Positions 1 through 14,900 of a stretch of 64,000 bases of DNA are shown in pieces (positions within the stretch are counted from its first letter, which is position 1; every line of letters starts with the position of its first letter). The DNA is taken from positions 21,638,001 through 21,702,000 of the forward strand of contig JBHGNT010000011.1 in assembly GCA_043228905.1 (NCBI GenBank), in the 5' to 3' direction. The DNA is from Azolla caroliniana (Eukaryota > Plantae > Polypodiophyta). Under the pieces are notes generated by a model, which was not told the origin of the DNA, did no database searches, and was given only the letters and a program-made list of their open reading frames with translations. The position numbers and the translations under genes are program-made.

Positions 1-209
1 GGAATGTAGTTATCATTAATCATCATATGCTTGCTTATAAGAATGGAACACTACACTATTAATATGCTTATTGAAAATTCTCAAGAGTAAAGAACATTAA
101 TGATATTGAATGCATATTGTTCGTTTGTGTGTGTGTGTGTGTGTGTGTTGTAAATTCATCCAGTAGATGATTCTGTATGTTCATGGTGATTGTGGGTTGA
201 TCATCACAG

Positions 210-1314
<1,105 letters not shown>

Positions 1315-1568
1315 AGATTACATTTTTTTTTTCTTAATGTCTCCCATTAGGTCCAATGTACTCCTTCTTTTGATCACCACCTCATAATAAACGTAGATCA
1401 ACTATATCCATACCATTGTTATATCCATCCACACTTCCCTCTCCAATTTTCCCATCATGTCTCACTAAACATCTAAATAAACAAACATAGCTAGGAGAGT
1501 TTCGAATAAATGTAATCACATAGCATCGTGTATTCCCACCATCACCCCCCATTAGTTAATAAAGGTTG

Positions 1569-1679
<111 letters not shown>

Positions 1680-4254
1680 AATATGTCTCTTAACTAACAC
1701 AACACCTTAGTATTGCTAAAATCTCAATAAACATGACATTATTAAGTGCACTGCGCATTAGTATGTGTCCATTGGAAACTAGAATTACAAATCGAAAATG
1801 TGTGATGATGTTGTTGATTCAAGTTTAAGAGAAATGTTTCTAATGGCATGTCCATTGTAAAACTATTATGCTTGGTGTGTGCCTCTCAAAGTACGCAATC
1901 ATGGAAGGTCTTGGTGTTAGAATTTCAATTTTAGTTCAAATGTGCTCCAATCAAAGAAACGTCGACAACATTCGAGCACAAAGTATGGAAAGGACAATAT
2001 GGAAGTCATTGTATGGTTCATGGAAATGTGCATGATTGTAATGAAAGGCTAAACCATGAATATCCATCTGACATGACGTGCAGATGTCAATGCCAATGTG
2101 TGTCTAGAATCTAGATTAACAAACTTAACATCTATAAATCATACTATTAAAAAAATAATGGAGTTGTAAGCTTATATGGTCCACTAAACAATGAAGAATG
2201 GTTATTTGTCTTATCCAAACTTGACACAAGCTTGAAATAATTTATAATCTTCCAAATGTGTAGCCTTAATCCTCTAGGAAGTATTGAACTCAAATCTCGC
2301 ACAAATATCGACTTCACATCCTCAACCAATATGCGACCCACTAAAACAACACAACGGTAACATAAATAAACATCATAAAAATTAGTATAGATTTTATTGA
2401 AACAAAAAAGGAAGAAAGTATTTGGGGATGTAAAGAGATCTTTAAAAAGTCTAAGATTCTATTGAAAGTAGATCCATGCACTTTAAAGAAAATTTCATAT
2501 TGAACAACAATCCTATCAAGCTACCCAAAGGCATGTTGAAAAAGTGAGAGAAAAGTGGGACCTAGAGGAGCATTACATCCTGTATTAAAACGTTTCCATG
2601 TTTGTTGTTGATCTACCTAAAAATAAAAAATTATTGTCAAAATGTAAAATGAATAAGGCAACAAGTATTTTTAAATTGTGTCTTTTCTTCTCTCAATCTT
2701 AAAAAGCTTACATTCGAAATGGGCTATTTTGTAGCCAAATGACCTATGGGGTATAAAGTATGATATTGTTATCTCGTCAAATAACCTTCCCAACTATTCT
2801 ATGATCTACTTGGTCAATCAAGCATTCCATTTGAGATATGCGTCTATGAGAATAAATCAAAGGGAGGTACACCCCATAATGTTATTAAATTTGATCAATA
2901 TGTACATCAAGAATTCCCCAGGTCTCAGTAGGATGGGTTGCTTGCCACACCCAAAACTTGTGGGATGGGTTGCTTGCCACACCCGCTACAAAACAAATAA
3001 ATTCATACACATCTCCTTTGTATATGTGTATGAGTGTGTAAATTTTAAAACATAGATGCAAAGATGTGACAAAATGGTTTAGAAAATGAAATGCATTACT
3101 CTTGCTTCGTGATACATCAATAGATTCCTCCATGAATGAGGTGCTTTTGCAACACCAACATCTTGCCACATGGGAAAGATGTGGAGCACCTCATGTTTCA
3201 TGCATTGCATCAAACTACAAAGCTATATTCTTCTCCAAATGGAGAAATTGCATTCTCCATTGCTTCCATATGACTTAGTTCCCAAAGAAATTGAGGCCTA
3301 GGCAGGGAGACTTGTCGACTATCATATTTTTCACTAAACATGTTCATAATTTTAAGAATCACATTTCGATATAGTGCTTTATCTAATTTGACCACATTTA
3401 GTTTTCTTTCCACACAAATTTCTCAATCTAGTCCAAACCCTAGACATGTTTCTATCACCATTGCAATGTGCATTCTCAATGCAACAAAATGGAACAATGT
3501 AATCTAACGAGATATATTGCAACTCTCTATACCTAAATGACTTAGGTCACACCATGGGAAAATCTTCCTTCAAAGATGGCCTACTATAAAGATCATTTCA
3601 TGAACTTCTCGCATGATGGATTCATACAAAGACCAAGGTATATGGACACTACATGCCACAAAACACTTGTAAGCAATAGGCCAATTGAGTGTTCCTCCCA
3701 CCAAGTAGAGATTGAAACAAGAAGCGCAATTCAAAAACTTATAGCTAAAAGATTGTGCAAACTTTATAAAGGAGGTATCAAAAATGAAGAAGTTTGAAGG
3801 CATCTAGCTTACAAGCACATAAAACTGAAGTATGCCAACTATCTGGGTAGACTCTACCACTCATTGATCAAATTTGATGGAGAAGGTTGGGGCACGACAC
3901 TTTGGCCAAATCATGCGCAAGCTTCAAAAGCATAGGGGATTGAGTCTTATATTAGCACTTGGGTGGGTGCAACAGCAATGGAGACCATGCCTCCACTAAT
4001 TACATGTCAATGAAAATGGCAGACCGTGGGCACTAGGATATAGGCCACATGGGTGTCACCATCCCTAAATAATGCAGGCCATGGTTGAGTTCTCTCATAT
4101 TCTCATTCCATCAACTAGCCTCAAATACGTGTCCAATCATTGCTTCTTGACACATATTAGTTATGCATTTCATGCTATTAAACCATCTCCGGAATCATTA
4201 CCACATGAAATACGTTTATGGTCATGGAGCTTTTGGAAACCTATGTCGGAAAGA

Positions 4255-4951
4255 GTTATAAACAGTTCAGAACCGCAAAACCACGGCTTAACGACTTAAT
4301 GGTTTCAATGGTTCGGTTTGGGTTCAGTTTGGTTTCAATAATCTAAAACCGCGGTTTAAACAGTTTAATGGTTTTTTATTTTATTTTTTAAAAATTGTTT
4401 TTAAACAATCTTTTCATTTTTAGACCTTATTCTCACATTTTAGGAACATCGTTAAAATTTTAAAATAATGAAATATTATAAATTTAAAAATTAAAATTTT
4501 ACCTAAGTTGAAAACCAAAACTGAACCATTAAACCGCGGTTTAACGGTTCAATTAAACGGTTTCATGGTTTGGTTCGGTTCAGTTCAGGTTTCAAAATTT
4601 TTAAACAGTTCGGTTTTGACCCTCTCAAACTGAACCGAACTGTTGCCGATTGTTTTTTTTTTCCAAAAAAGATACTACATTAGTATTAGAAAATGCCATA
4701 AGGCTAAACATACAAGATATACCACCGATCCCCTATGTTTTTCTAAATTCTAACCATTGGCTTAAATAAACACTTTGGTGTTGAGTGGAACCACTCCACC
4801 TTATCAAAACGTCATCTATAAAATATACCTATGTCCCAAATGGCATGAAACTCCACACGCCTAAGCTCCGCTAGATGCGTATTACCTTTTATACTATCCA
4901 AACTCCCTCTGAGATTATGCACAATCTCTATCCAATTGTTGCCGATTGTTA
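4255..4951. mobile_element. Left-truncated copy of the AACCG/CGGTT-rich hAT-type MITE, with its right TIR interrupted by a LINE fragment
   Basis: Internal sequence aligns with 40426-40930 (e.g. TTATTCTCACATTTTAGGAACATC, AAACCGCGGTTT). The right TIR TGTTGCCGATTGTT(A) occurs at 4641-4654 and again at 4937-4951. The left TIR was not found. Confidence 0.8.
4655..4936 (-). mobile_element. 5'-truncated L1-clade LINE 3' end with 14-bp TSD
   Basis: Poly-T at the left (poly-A on the minus strand) and flanking duplication TGTTGCCGATTGTT. The minus strand translates WIEIVHNLRGSLDSIKG...VEFHAIWD, similar to the other LINE ORF2 C-terminal fragments at 5996-6325 and 49433-49642. Confidence 0.85.
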
Positions 4952-5658
4952 TGTACATATGTAAGGTTTAAGAAAACCATCAAATCGACTTTGTAAAATT
5001 GCATGTGTATGAATGACATATAAAAACACCTAGTTATAAATAGATGCAAGTATGAAGAGATTGTTTGGAAAATGGGATGCATCACTTTTCCTTAATATGT
5101 GTCAATGGATTCCTCCACGAGTGAGGCTTTTTTGCAACATCAATGTATCATTACTTGGGGGAAATGAGGAAACTATATACATTTTACACATTATATTGCA
5201 TATGTTGTTCCAAACCATAAATCTATCTTCTTCTCCCAACAAGGGAACATTCACTTACAAATGCATGTTAGAGCACACCCTATTGTTGACAATCCGCGTC
5301 ATTTCTTTCATCCTACTTAGTTCATGTTCTCTTAAATATGAGATGAAGCATTGGATCACTAGTGAGGAGACTTGATACCTATGCATATTATGCATTGAAC
5401 AATTTTGAGAAGCAAAGAATCACATTTTGACACAATCTATTCATTCCACACGTTGTCAATTGGTCCACTGCCCACTACTTATGCATATTCCTCTCATAAT
5501 CACAATGTGCTCACTTCATTGCAACATTTTTCAGTAAAATTCGAGGACATCAAGAGTCGTTGAAAGAAAACTCCTTTGAGGAAAAGGTGCATGTATAACT
5601 CATTTGTGAAAACTACCAAGAAAACTTGCCTTTCAATCTACATAATCTACATTCTAAT

Positions 5659-5914
5659 TATATTGCCTCTCCATCAAGACCACCAAACAAGAACTAATTT
5701 CTCATACTTCAAATATAACATAGAACCAACACCCAAGGTATACAAACATTACCCTAATATATGATTGTTACGGTAAAACTCAATCTACATATTGGTTATA
5801 TTGCCTCTCCATCAAAAGCATCAAACAATAAGTTATTTATCATACTTCAAATATGGGATAGACCCAAAACCCAAGGTGCACAAACATCACTCTAATATAC
5901 GATTGTTATGGTAA
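5659..5914. repeat. Imperfect ~138-bp tandem duplication
   Basis: TATATTGCCTCTCCATCAA...ACCCAAGGT...GATTGTTAYGGTAA present twice. The second unit resumes at ~6601 after an inserted LINE block. Confidence 0.75.
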
Positions 5915-6600
5915 TATGCAACAGGTAGAGTTGTGATGATTGGAGTTTCATGCCATATGGGACAAAGGAATATTTTATAGGCGAAATTTTTCAAGGTGGA
6001 GTGTTTTTACTCTACATTGAAGTGTTTATTTAAACTAATAGTTAGGAACAAGGTTTGGTTTACAATATCTTCTTTCGTAGTTTGGGTATTGTGGAAGGCA
6101 AGATGTAAATGTGTATTTCAAAAAGTCAAACAAAATGTTGTTGAATTAGTCAGGGACATATGGTTTATGCTCATACATACTCTAAGAGGTCAATATAAGG
6201 CAATAATTGGTGAGATTGAGGTTGTGTTTCGTAAGCAACAACACTTTCGAGAATTTTGGAAAAAGGCAATGGTCTTCATCTCTTTTGGGGAGAGAATAAA
6301 GTGGGGATATGCTCCACCAAGATGATTTTTTCCGCTCCCCGTGTTGGAAGGACCATACAAGAGGGCTTTTGCTACTCGACATGTTGGTTGAGGTGGGTAT
6401 GACGGTTATATTTTACTATATGAGTTTTTTGTAGCCTTTGGGCACCTTTCCATTAATACCAAGGTGAATCTTTATTTTTTTTTAAATCATGAGGGTTTCA
6501 TGTACACCTTTAGGGCATTATTATTACGAATGTTCATATTTCAAGTGTAACCTTAGGGCATTCCATACGCTAATAAGTATCTTTTCTTGGAAAAGAAGGA
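5915..6600 (+). mobile_element. Composite of two L1-clade LINE ORF2 3'-end fragments
   Basis: 5941-6046 matches the reverse complement of the 4655-4936 fragment. 6047-6330 encodes VWVLWKARCKCVF...IWFMLIHTLRGQY...KWGYAPPR (post-zf-RVT C-terminus). The block ends in AGTATCTTTTCTTGGAAAAG like the other LINE tails. Confidence 0.75.
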
Positions 6601-9600
6601 GGTAAAACTCAATCTCCTTCAATGAAAACCACTAGAAATATGGAAAACTCTTCCTAGTTATAACACCCAAGCTTGTGAAGGAACAACCCAAATACCTTTA
6701 GGTTGATGGGTGTCTAAGGAAATTGAATATGGCATCCTTCTCAATCACTAGTGGGACAAAAAAAAGCATGTCCCATCTTAAATCCATTATCATTTAAAAT
6801 CATTTCCAAAGGCAACTTGCCAACCATTTATTACCAAAGAAATAGTTTCACTCAAAATGCCATGTGAGATTGTCATCTTGCTTCCAATACTAAAGGTTAC
6901 CATTGTATTTATTGAGGTATTTTGACATGTAAAAGATACTTTCTCATCACAAGCTCTATCTTCATTGAGCTTATATAGAAATAGTTGGTGTACAAAGGTT
7001 TTTTATCAAATAATTAATCTTTCCATAGCTCACTTGTCATGAAGGATAGAAACAAGGCATAAAAACATGAGAAGGATCTATAATGATGGCCAAATATGAT
7101 CACATCAAAAACTCAAGCGAATAGTTCTACAGGTCATGACTTGTTTTCGTGTTCCTAAAAAAGGACTTTGCATATTTACCAAACCACGGTTTGTTGTACT
7201 CTTGAATTAACCCTTTAGACTTCCTTTTCCATCTCAATGTAAGAGTCTTGGGCATGCAAGTACTTTTTGCCAATATAGAACAATGACTATGTTGTTTGCA
7301 TTGTGGCAATTATGTCTTGATTACGAATCTTAGACTTCGTTGCCACGAGTGTTAGATTATGAAAATATGTGAGAATTGCATAAGTGGATGCTTGAAAAGG
7401 AGATGGTAATAAAAGGAAACTAAACAAATATAGACTATCCAAGGTGTTTAAGAGTGATTGCAATATAGGGATTTGTTACAAAGAGAGTAATGTCTCACGT
7501 GTTCCTAAGTGAGTGGATACATATGAAACTTATAGGATGGAGTGACAACTTAACCTTATTGTATGTTGTAAGGTTCTTACTTTTATAGGAAGTGGCTAGC
7601 CTAAATAGTTGCCCAAAATAGTTATTGGTGCTTGCTCACACCCAATACTTTCCATTAAGAATTCTACCCATACCCACTATGCCATTTGCATTGATTCAGA
7701 ATCCACCTCATATTTTACATAGTGAAGTCTCGTATAATCCAACTTAGTATTTTCTCCATCTTCTCTTCCTAATCCACTCAAAGTCCTAGGCACTTAGTGA
7801 AGAGTTTTATACAATCATCCTCTATTAGACGATGTTGTAACCACGCCTTTTCATTTGAATTGAGCTCTCATGTGAAGTGGTGTTTGATGTATGTATGCTT
7901 GGCCTTTCATGGAATACTAAATTCTTTGCAACAATGATGTAAACAATGGCTCTCATACCATACCCATGTCTAGTACTTTCCTTCAAATTGCATCTCAAAT
8001 TTTTTTGACAATTTCTCAGACATGTTACCACTTCACGTTCTACATAACCCACCACTTTGTACTGCGTTCATGGTAAGAATAGAGAGACATGAAATTAATC
8101 CATGTTGGTCCATGAAAATATTATGAACCTGAGGGTGAAAGAAGATGGAGAGGTTGGCCCTTATTCTCTTCGTTCTTAGCTCAATCAAAATCATAATACT
8201 AGATAACTTTATTTTCTCTTGGGCCAAACGTCAAAGTGATGTTATATCCAATGGTATCCTTTGGGTACCTAAGAATATGTATCCTATTTTGCTAATTACT
8301 CTTTTCTAGATCTACTATAATATTTCCTTAAAATCCCATCATGTATGCCAAATGTCATATTATGTACCTATGTATACAAGACTCAATCTAGAGTTAGATA
8401 TATGTCCCCCAATCCAACCTCCTACTTGTAGCCTTCAATAATTATAGGTTGTCATCCATCGACTTGGATTTTGGCTTGTATTCCTCCATCCCAAATGCTT
8501 TGAGACTTAAGCGTGGATACTTTATCTAAGTTATAAGCGTGGGTACTTATTCTAAGTTATAAATATCTCCTTGTCCCCTTCATACACCCCTAGCCCCAAA
8601 TAGAAGCCCAATAGTGTTGTCAATCTAACATAGCTATTGGATCAAACATTTGTATAAAACTAAATGCTTATTATGATTAAAAGATATATGGGAGTATCTA
8701 GTCAGTTAGCATTTATCCCATAGTAGTCACTATCATCGCCAAGGCAACTCATGTCAAAGTAGTGGATGTGTAGAAGATAATTGAAGTCAGAAGGGGTTCC
8801 ATTAGTGTGCCCTTGGAATTTGCTTGATAAGATGTAGTATGTCATATCCTTGAGAATGTAAATGATGTGTAAGAAAAAGAGCCCATTAAGTTTAGATTAT
8901 GTCCTATGGTCACATAATATGATTGATCCTCTTTTAGGGTTGCAGGAACTACTAGAAAGGTGTCGTGGTCAATTTACATGATCAAATGGAGTGATTAGGA
9001 TAAATGTTTGGTGTAATTTTACTTACAACTATACACACAAAGGGTGGTTGTAGTATCAATGCCCCTTCAATTTTCATGATTTTATTGATCCTAATGAAGT
9101 TTTTTTATTGTGGATGCATCCTTGCATGTTTATGAGATATAAAAAGCAAATGTGAATGAGACATACATGATGGTGATTCCTTGAAAAGAATCTCATAGCC
9201 TTCAACCAATCTTACTTCCGGTCACCATTGCAAACAATGATAGGGGAAAGAATATGAGTTGCTAAACTTTTTCAAATATTCAAAACACGGCAATCAAGAT
9301 GCCAATAACCACGAGTGTTACATGGGGCTCAATACTAACACTCTTTTGCTCTACACCATCACTATTAATTAAGCGTGTAAGTGTTAAATTATATCCACGA
9401 ATGCACTTCTTGTTCCATAGCTATTTTTTCCCTTTGATTTTAGTTCGTTTTCCAAAAAAGTTAAATTTCCATTTATGATATTGAAAATCAAAATGTACCA
9501 ATTGGTGTCCATTCAAAGTTAATCGGTAACAAAGTACGCTATACACGTAAAATCTATGCAGACCTTGATGTTAGAGAAGAGTAAAAATGTTTTGTGCATT

Positions 9601-11808
9601 TAATTGAGGTTAGAATGAATAGGCAATATATCACGGGGCCTACAAAGTTGTACAATTGAGAAGCCATGGCCATTAAATGTTTTGAGTGTCTCATAATAAT
9701 TTAAGAGTGTCGAAGAAAGGTTTAAATGAACCTTTGAATGCAGAGTTACTACTACTACATATATTATTCTCACGTCATTTCAAACAATGGGTTGTATTGG
9801 TACAATTCCTTAATGCAACCCATTGTACATGTAGATACATGTTGATATTTCATGCCGATATATGTTGTATAATTATGTCTCTAATGTTAAATTGCTTGGG
9901 TCCTTCCTTCAACAACAATTTTCATATTTTAAGTTCAACTTTATAATTATTAGTGTAAAGCAATGAGAGTATTGGTGCATATCCTAGTAAGTGATCGAGG
10001 TAGCTCCATGTTAAGTATACAATTCCATGTTCTGCAACCAACTTCATGGAACTTGATTAGTGAGATCCTGCAATGGAGATGACATGATTTGTAGGGAGGA
10101 TAAAGAACTTTGCATATGAAAACCTATCTATTATTTACATGTAACAATCATACCATGTAGATAATAACCTAAGGCATTATCAACAGTAACAAGTGATAGG
10201 AAACTATATAACTTCTTTTTAACACATTTGAGTGGAGGAAAACCTTTTGGTGCCCTACATTCCACACACGATGCAAGTATCAATCTCTCTCTCTCTTTAT
10301 ATATATATGATTTATCTTTACTTTCCAGCACACATACATACTCATTCTGTCAGGTTTTGACATGGCAACCAATAAAAACAAAAAGCGGTATCTTTTTCCA
10401 CTTGGAAGAGTACTCCCTCTCCCCTTCCTCACAAAATAGCTGACATATCCTAGATTGGCCTTTTTTACACATTTTCCCTCATCTACCTACCTAAACAACT
10501 AATTAATGAAAACAAAGTGAAACTTCGAAAGGTTTTTACGTTGAGGAGTGTTTCTTTGGCATGAAATGAACCAAGGGAAGAAGAAAATACAATGTGATCC
10601 AATCATTTGGCATGTGAGACTTTTGGTTGGTTTGGAACTGAAATTCATCAAGGCTCATTTGACATCGACAAATGAAAACTCCTATTGCCCCTAACGTTAT
10701 CCAAATTGTTTGGAATGCAAGACTTATGATTGGTTTATGCGACAATGCCACTCTTGGTTAGTAGTTATAACCTGGTGGTTAAGATTGAAGTTCGTGAACT
10801 CTTCCAACAAAACTGAATTGACCATGGGAAGAAGTTCTCAACATTTCCACTTTCCAACCGACATAAACCGATTGTGGAAGAAGTTCCCAACATTTGAGTA
10901 AGGCACATTAGTCAATGAGATCAATGCATCAAACATGAGAACCATGTCAATGCATGGGGAAACATATATGTGTTTCGGATGAGATATCCAATGCACTTGC
11001 AAAGAAGGGCTGATTGATAACCTTCGAAGCAAAGAGGCTATTAAGAGGAACATTGAGGTCTTGAAAGAATTGAAGAGACGAATGATTTTGTTACTTGTTA
11101 TCTTTTCCCAAAATTGCTTCAAAGGCTTGATATGCTTCATAAAAGCACTCATTGAAAAAATAGGAGAAGAAATCGTTTTGATTTGTAAGAAAATGAATGT
11201 TTCGATGGCAGGCATCGAAAGGAGAAACGAATTAAAAAATAAATTAATGAATTAAAATAACTGCAAAAGCAGCAAACAAATTAATAAAAAAAAAGCACAT
11301 AAATTAATAGGTAGCTCAAGCAAAATTATTAAAGAATTTCGATTGTTTTTCAAATAATTTTGGGCGGGAAAATTTGGATTTTATTTGAAGCGGGCAGTTT
11401 TCCACAGGAAGATAAATAAATAAATAAAAGTGAAGAAAATGTATATATATACAGATGAACATTCCTTAAATGTTTATTTATTATTTTTTCCAAAAAAATT
11501 TGTTTATATTATTAATTCGATGATAAATGAAGATTAATAAAAACAGAAACCTAAGAAAAATAGTGAAAAGGAAATAAAAATATGGAATTGAAGAAAGTCC
11601 ACTCAGACACTAAGGAACGCAAAAAGCAAAAAAGAACAGCACTTCTGTTCATTTTTTGACACATTTTTTCATTCCTTCACTCTTCTTCTTCTTCTTCTTC
11701 AATGCTATAGCTCTTGTCAGCCAGTGCGCCTGTTCCCGTTTACCCATTTTTGTTTCTCCTTCAGAAACAGAGCACCTCAGAGCTATTCCATCTTCTTCTT
11801 CAGCTTTG

Positions 11809-11898
11809 ATGGCGTCCACATTTAGCAGCAACAGAAGATCACCATTTAATCATCTCTATAGTTCTGTAGATGGGATGATTCCTGGTTATAATTCACAC

Positions 11899-11938
<40 letters not shown>

Positions 11939-14900
11939 GTAATTACAATGATAGTCACGAGTTATTGATCAATGGGAGAAACCCTAGCTCTACTTTCAAG
12001 TTCAATTTTGGTACTTCTGCTTCAGAAATCCTAAAACACACAGATTCAACCAAAGAGACTGTCTTAGTCACTGTCAGATTCAGGCCTTTGAGGTAAATTT
12101 TAGGGTTTTTAAACATGAGACATTTTCTTGCTATCTTTTGATATTTCTCATGCTCTGTTTTTTTGACCTATCAAAATAGAATATTGGAACATTAAACTTG
12201 TAATAATTACTCTAAATGATCTACAATGTGTGGATATTTATGCTTACCACACACACATATTCATAACTTTGTTTTTTCTCTATTTCAATGGAAGGTAAAG
12301 CAAAAAAGCAGCGCAAATTGAACAAAAGAGAACATATTAATTCTATAGACACTCAAGTTATTCTAATACTCTAAATTACCATTGTTCTCTATTTAAGCTG
12401 TTAAGTCTGAATATGAACCCTCCGTCTGTTCTAATTACTCTAAATTAACTATTCGTAACTGCTTCGGCATGTTTCCTTTGCTTTGCCTTGCTTTGTTTTC
12501 GATTCATCTTGAATATGAACTGTCCTTTTTTATCTTCTTCTACATACTCTCTCAATTGTTTGCGCATAATCAAATCTATTATTTTTTGGCTTTGTTTCTT
12601 TTCTGTGGTGTTGACTTACCACATTTGAAAATGGACCCTTGGAATTTTCTAATTAATAGGTAATTTGATTAATCTTATATACACATTGTTCTATCAAATT
12701 TAAATATGGACCTTCAGTATTTTCGTAATTATTCTAGATGATTTATATAGAATATGTAAACATGTCTATTGTGGTGCATTTCACAATATGTATGTAAATG
12801 GAAATGTGTATGCGTATATGCATGTTTATGTGAATGCATTTGCATTTGCATTTGCATGTGTATGGGTATATGCCTGTTTAAGTGAATGCATTTGCAATTG
12901 TATGTGTAAGCATATGGGTATGTGCATGTAAGCCAATCCAAGCATTGCCTCTCACATTGTTTCCTCACCATGCATGATGTGATCCTCTTCCTTTCAGTGT
13001 GAGAGAAATGCAGAAAGGAGATGAAGTAGCTTGGTATGCAGAAGGGGATTCAATCGTCCGGAGTGAATACAATCCTGCCATCGCTTATGGTTTTGGTAAA
13101 TATCCTAAGTGTCTTTCTTTGTATCACATCTATAAGTCAAATGTTCATGAGAAGTAAATGTATATCTTATTGGGGGTTTAGGGACAAGGGGGAGTGATTT
13201 TACTCTACACCAAAGTATTTATTTAATCTGATAGCAGAACTTAACCTTGGTAAAAAAATGGGGTTAATTATCTGTATGTATGTAATCCTTAATACTAATG
13301 TATACCTTTTTCTGGAAAGTTTTAAAAAGAGAAGCAAAAGATAAGTTCTTTCTAAATGTAAGTTAACTTTTACATAGCATTCATTTTAAGGCTGTTGCTT
13401 GTCCTGAATTAGGAGATAAACATATGCAACACATTATATGAGTTTCCTATTGGTAAAGATGAATATTTATTACTTCTTCACATAATATGAGCTCACTAAG
13501 TATTATTTCAAGGCAATGAAAAAGATCTGTAGGAATCCTTTTGCAATTATGGTTATGTCATCAAGTTTCATTCTTGCAAAATGTGAGAAAAGAACCCTTC
13601 AATGTTTTAAAAACAAAATTGAGTTTTGTTTCGAAAAGAAAACTGCCACTCTGAAGAAACAATAACTTCAACTTTTAAGTGATGTAATTTGGATTCATTC
13701 TTCTAGTTCTTGTGCAGTGCCTAACAAAGTCTTTTATGTCTCCAGATAGGGTTTTTGGACCTGCGACGACAACCAAAAGCATTTATGATGTTGCTGCAAA
13801 GAATGTTGTTCATGCAGCCATGGAAGGAATCAATGGTATAGATATATGTGTACATATAATGTATATGAGATGTCTGTCTATTCCAGTACTCTTTCAAGTT
13901 TTTTCCACACATTATTTATCCATCGCGTCTTTCCATCAATTCCTTACATCAGGTGCTGTTTTTGCCTATGGTGTTACAAGCAGTGGGAAGACCCATACCA
14001 TGCATGTAAGCACAAAATAAAAAACATTATAAACTAAAAATATCATCAGGTTCTATTGGATTTGTTTCTGTATGTTATATCTTTTTACAGTAACACTGTT
14101 TTCTTTTATTCACACCTTTTCCAATAACAGGGAGACCTTAAATCTCCAGGAATCATCCCATTGGCAGTGAGGGATGTGTTCAGAGTCATCCAAGAAGTAT
14201 ATCATCTCCGATTGCTTTTAGTTGATTCAAAGAAAATGTTTTTTTGTTGTGTAACTTCTACTGTTTGTCTGAATTTACAGAATCCAAATCGGGAATATCT
14301 TCTACGCCTTTCATATTTAGAAATTTATAATGAGGTTTTTCTTGTACACTTAACCTTTGTTTATGCACCAAATTCCAATTCTTAGGTACAATATAATTAG
14401 TGCCTGAAATTCTTATGAAATTTCAAAATTTCAGAATTGTTTGTTTAGTCCCTAGCTTTATTATATCTTTTCTACTGACAGATTATCAATGATCTATTGA
14501 ATCCAATCGGTCAAAATCTTCGGATACGAGAAGATTCCCAGGTACCAAAAACTTAACGACAAATCTTTGTTATTTTGTACTCTTCAGCATCTTACAATGC
14601 CTAAGGATTTGTAGTGATAAATTTATTATGTAGGGTACTTATGTTGAGGGTCTGAAAGAAGAAGTTCTTTCATCACCAACACATGCCCTATCACTGATAG
14701 CAGCTGGAGAAGGTAGTCTTTACCTTAACCACTATATAAACAAAAACAGATTTAGACACAATTTCTATTGCTTGGTTTTGAAACATAGTCCCTATTGCTT
14801 TTCTAGAACATCGTCATGTGGGATCAAATAACTTCAATTTGCTTAGCAGCCGAAGTCATACTGTGTTTACCTTGGTGGGCATCATCTATATTAATAATGA

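Noticed and set aside
2700-4100. Cys/His-rich minus-strand ORF fragments suggesting a relic DNA transposase
   Set aside because: Too degraded; no catalytic motif or termini could be identified.
6600-11250. Possible old LTR-retrotransposon and hAT remnants
   Set aside because: Only vague similarity; no boundaries, TSDs or reliable motifs.
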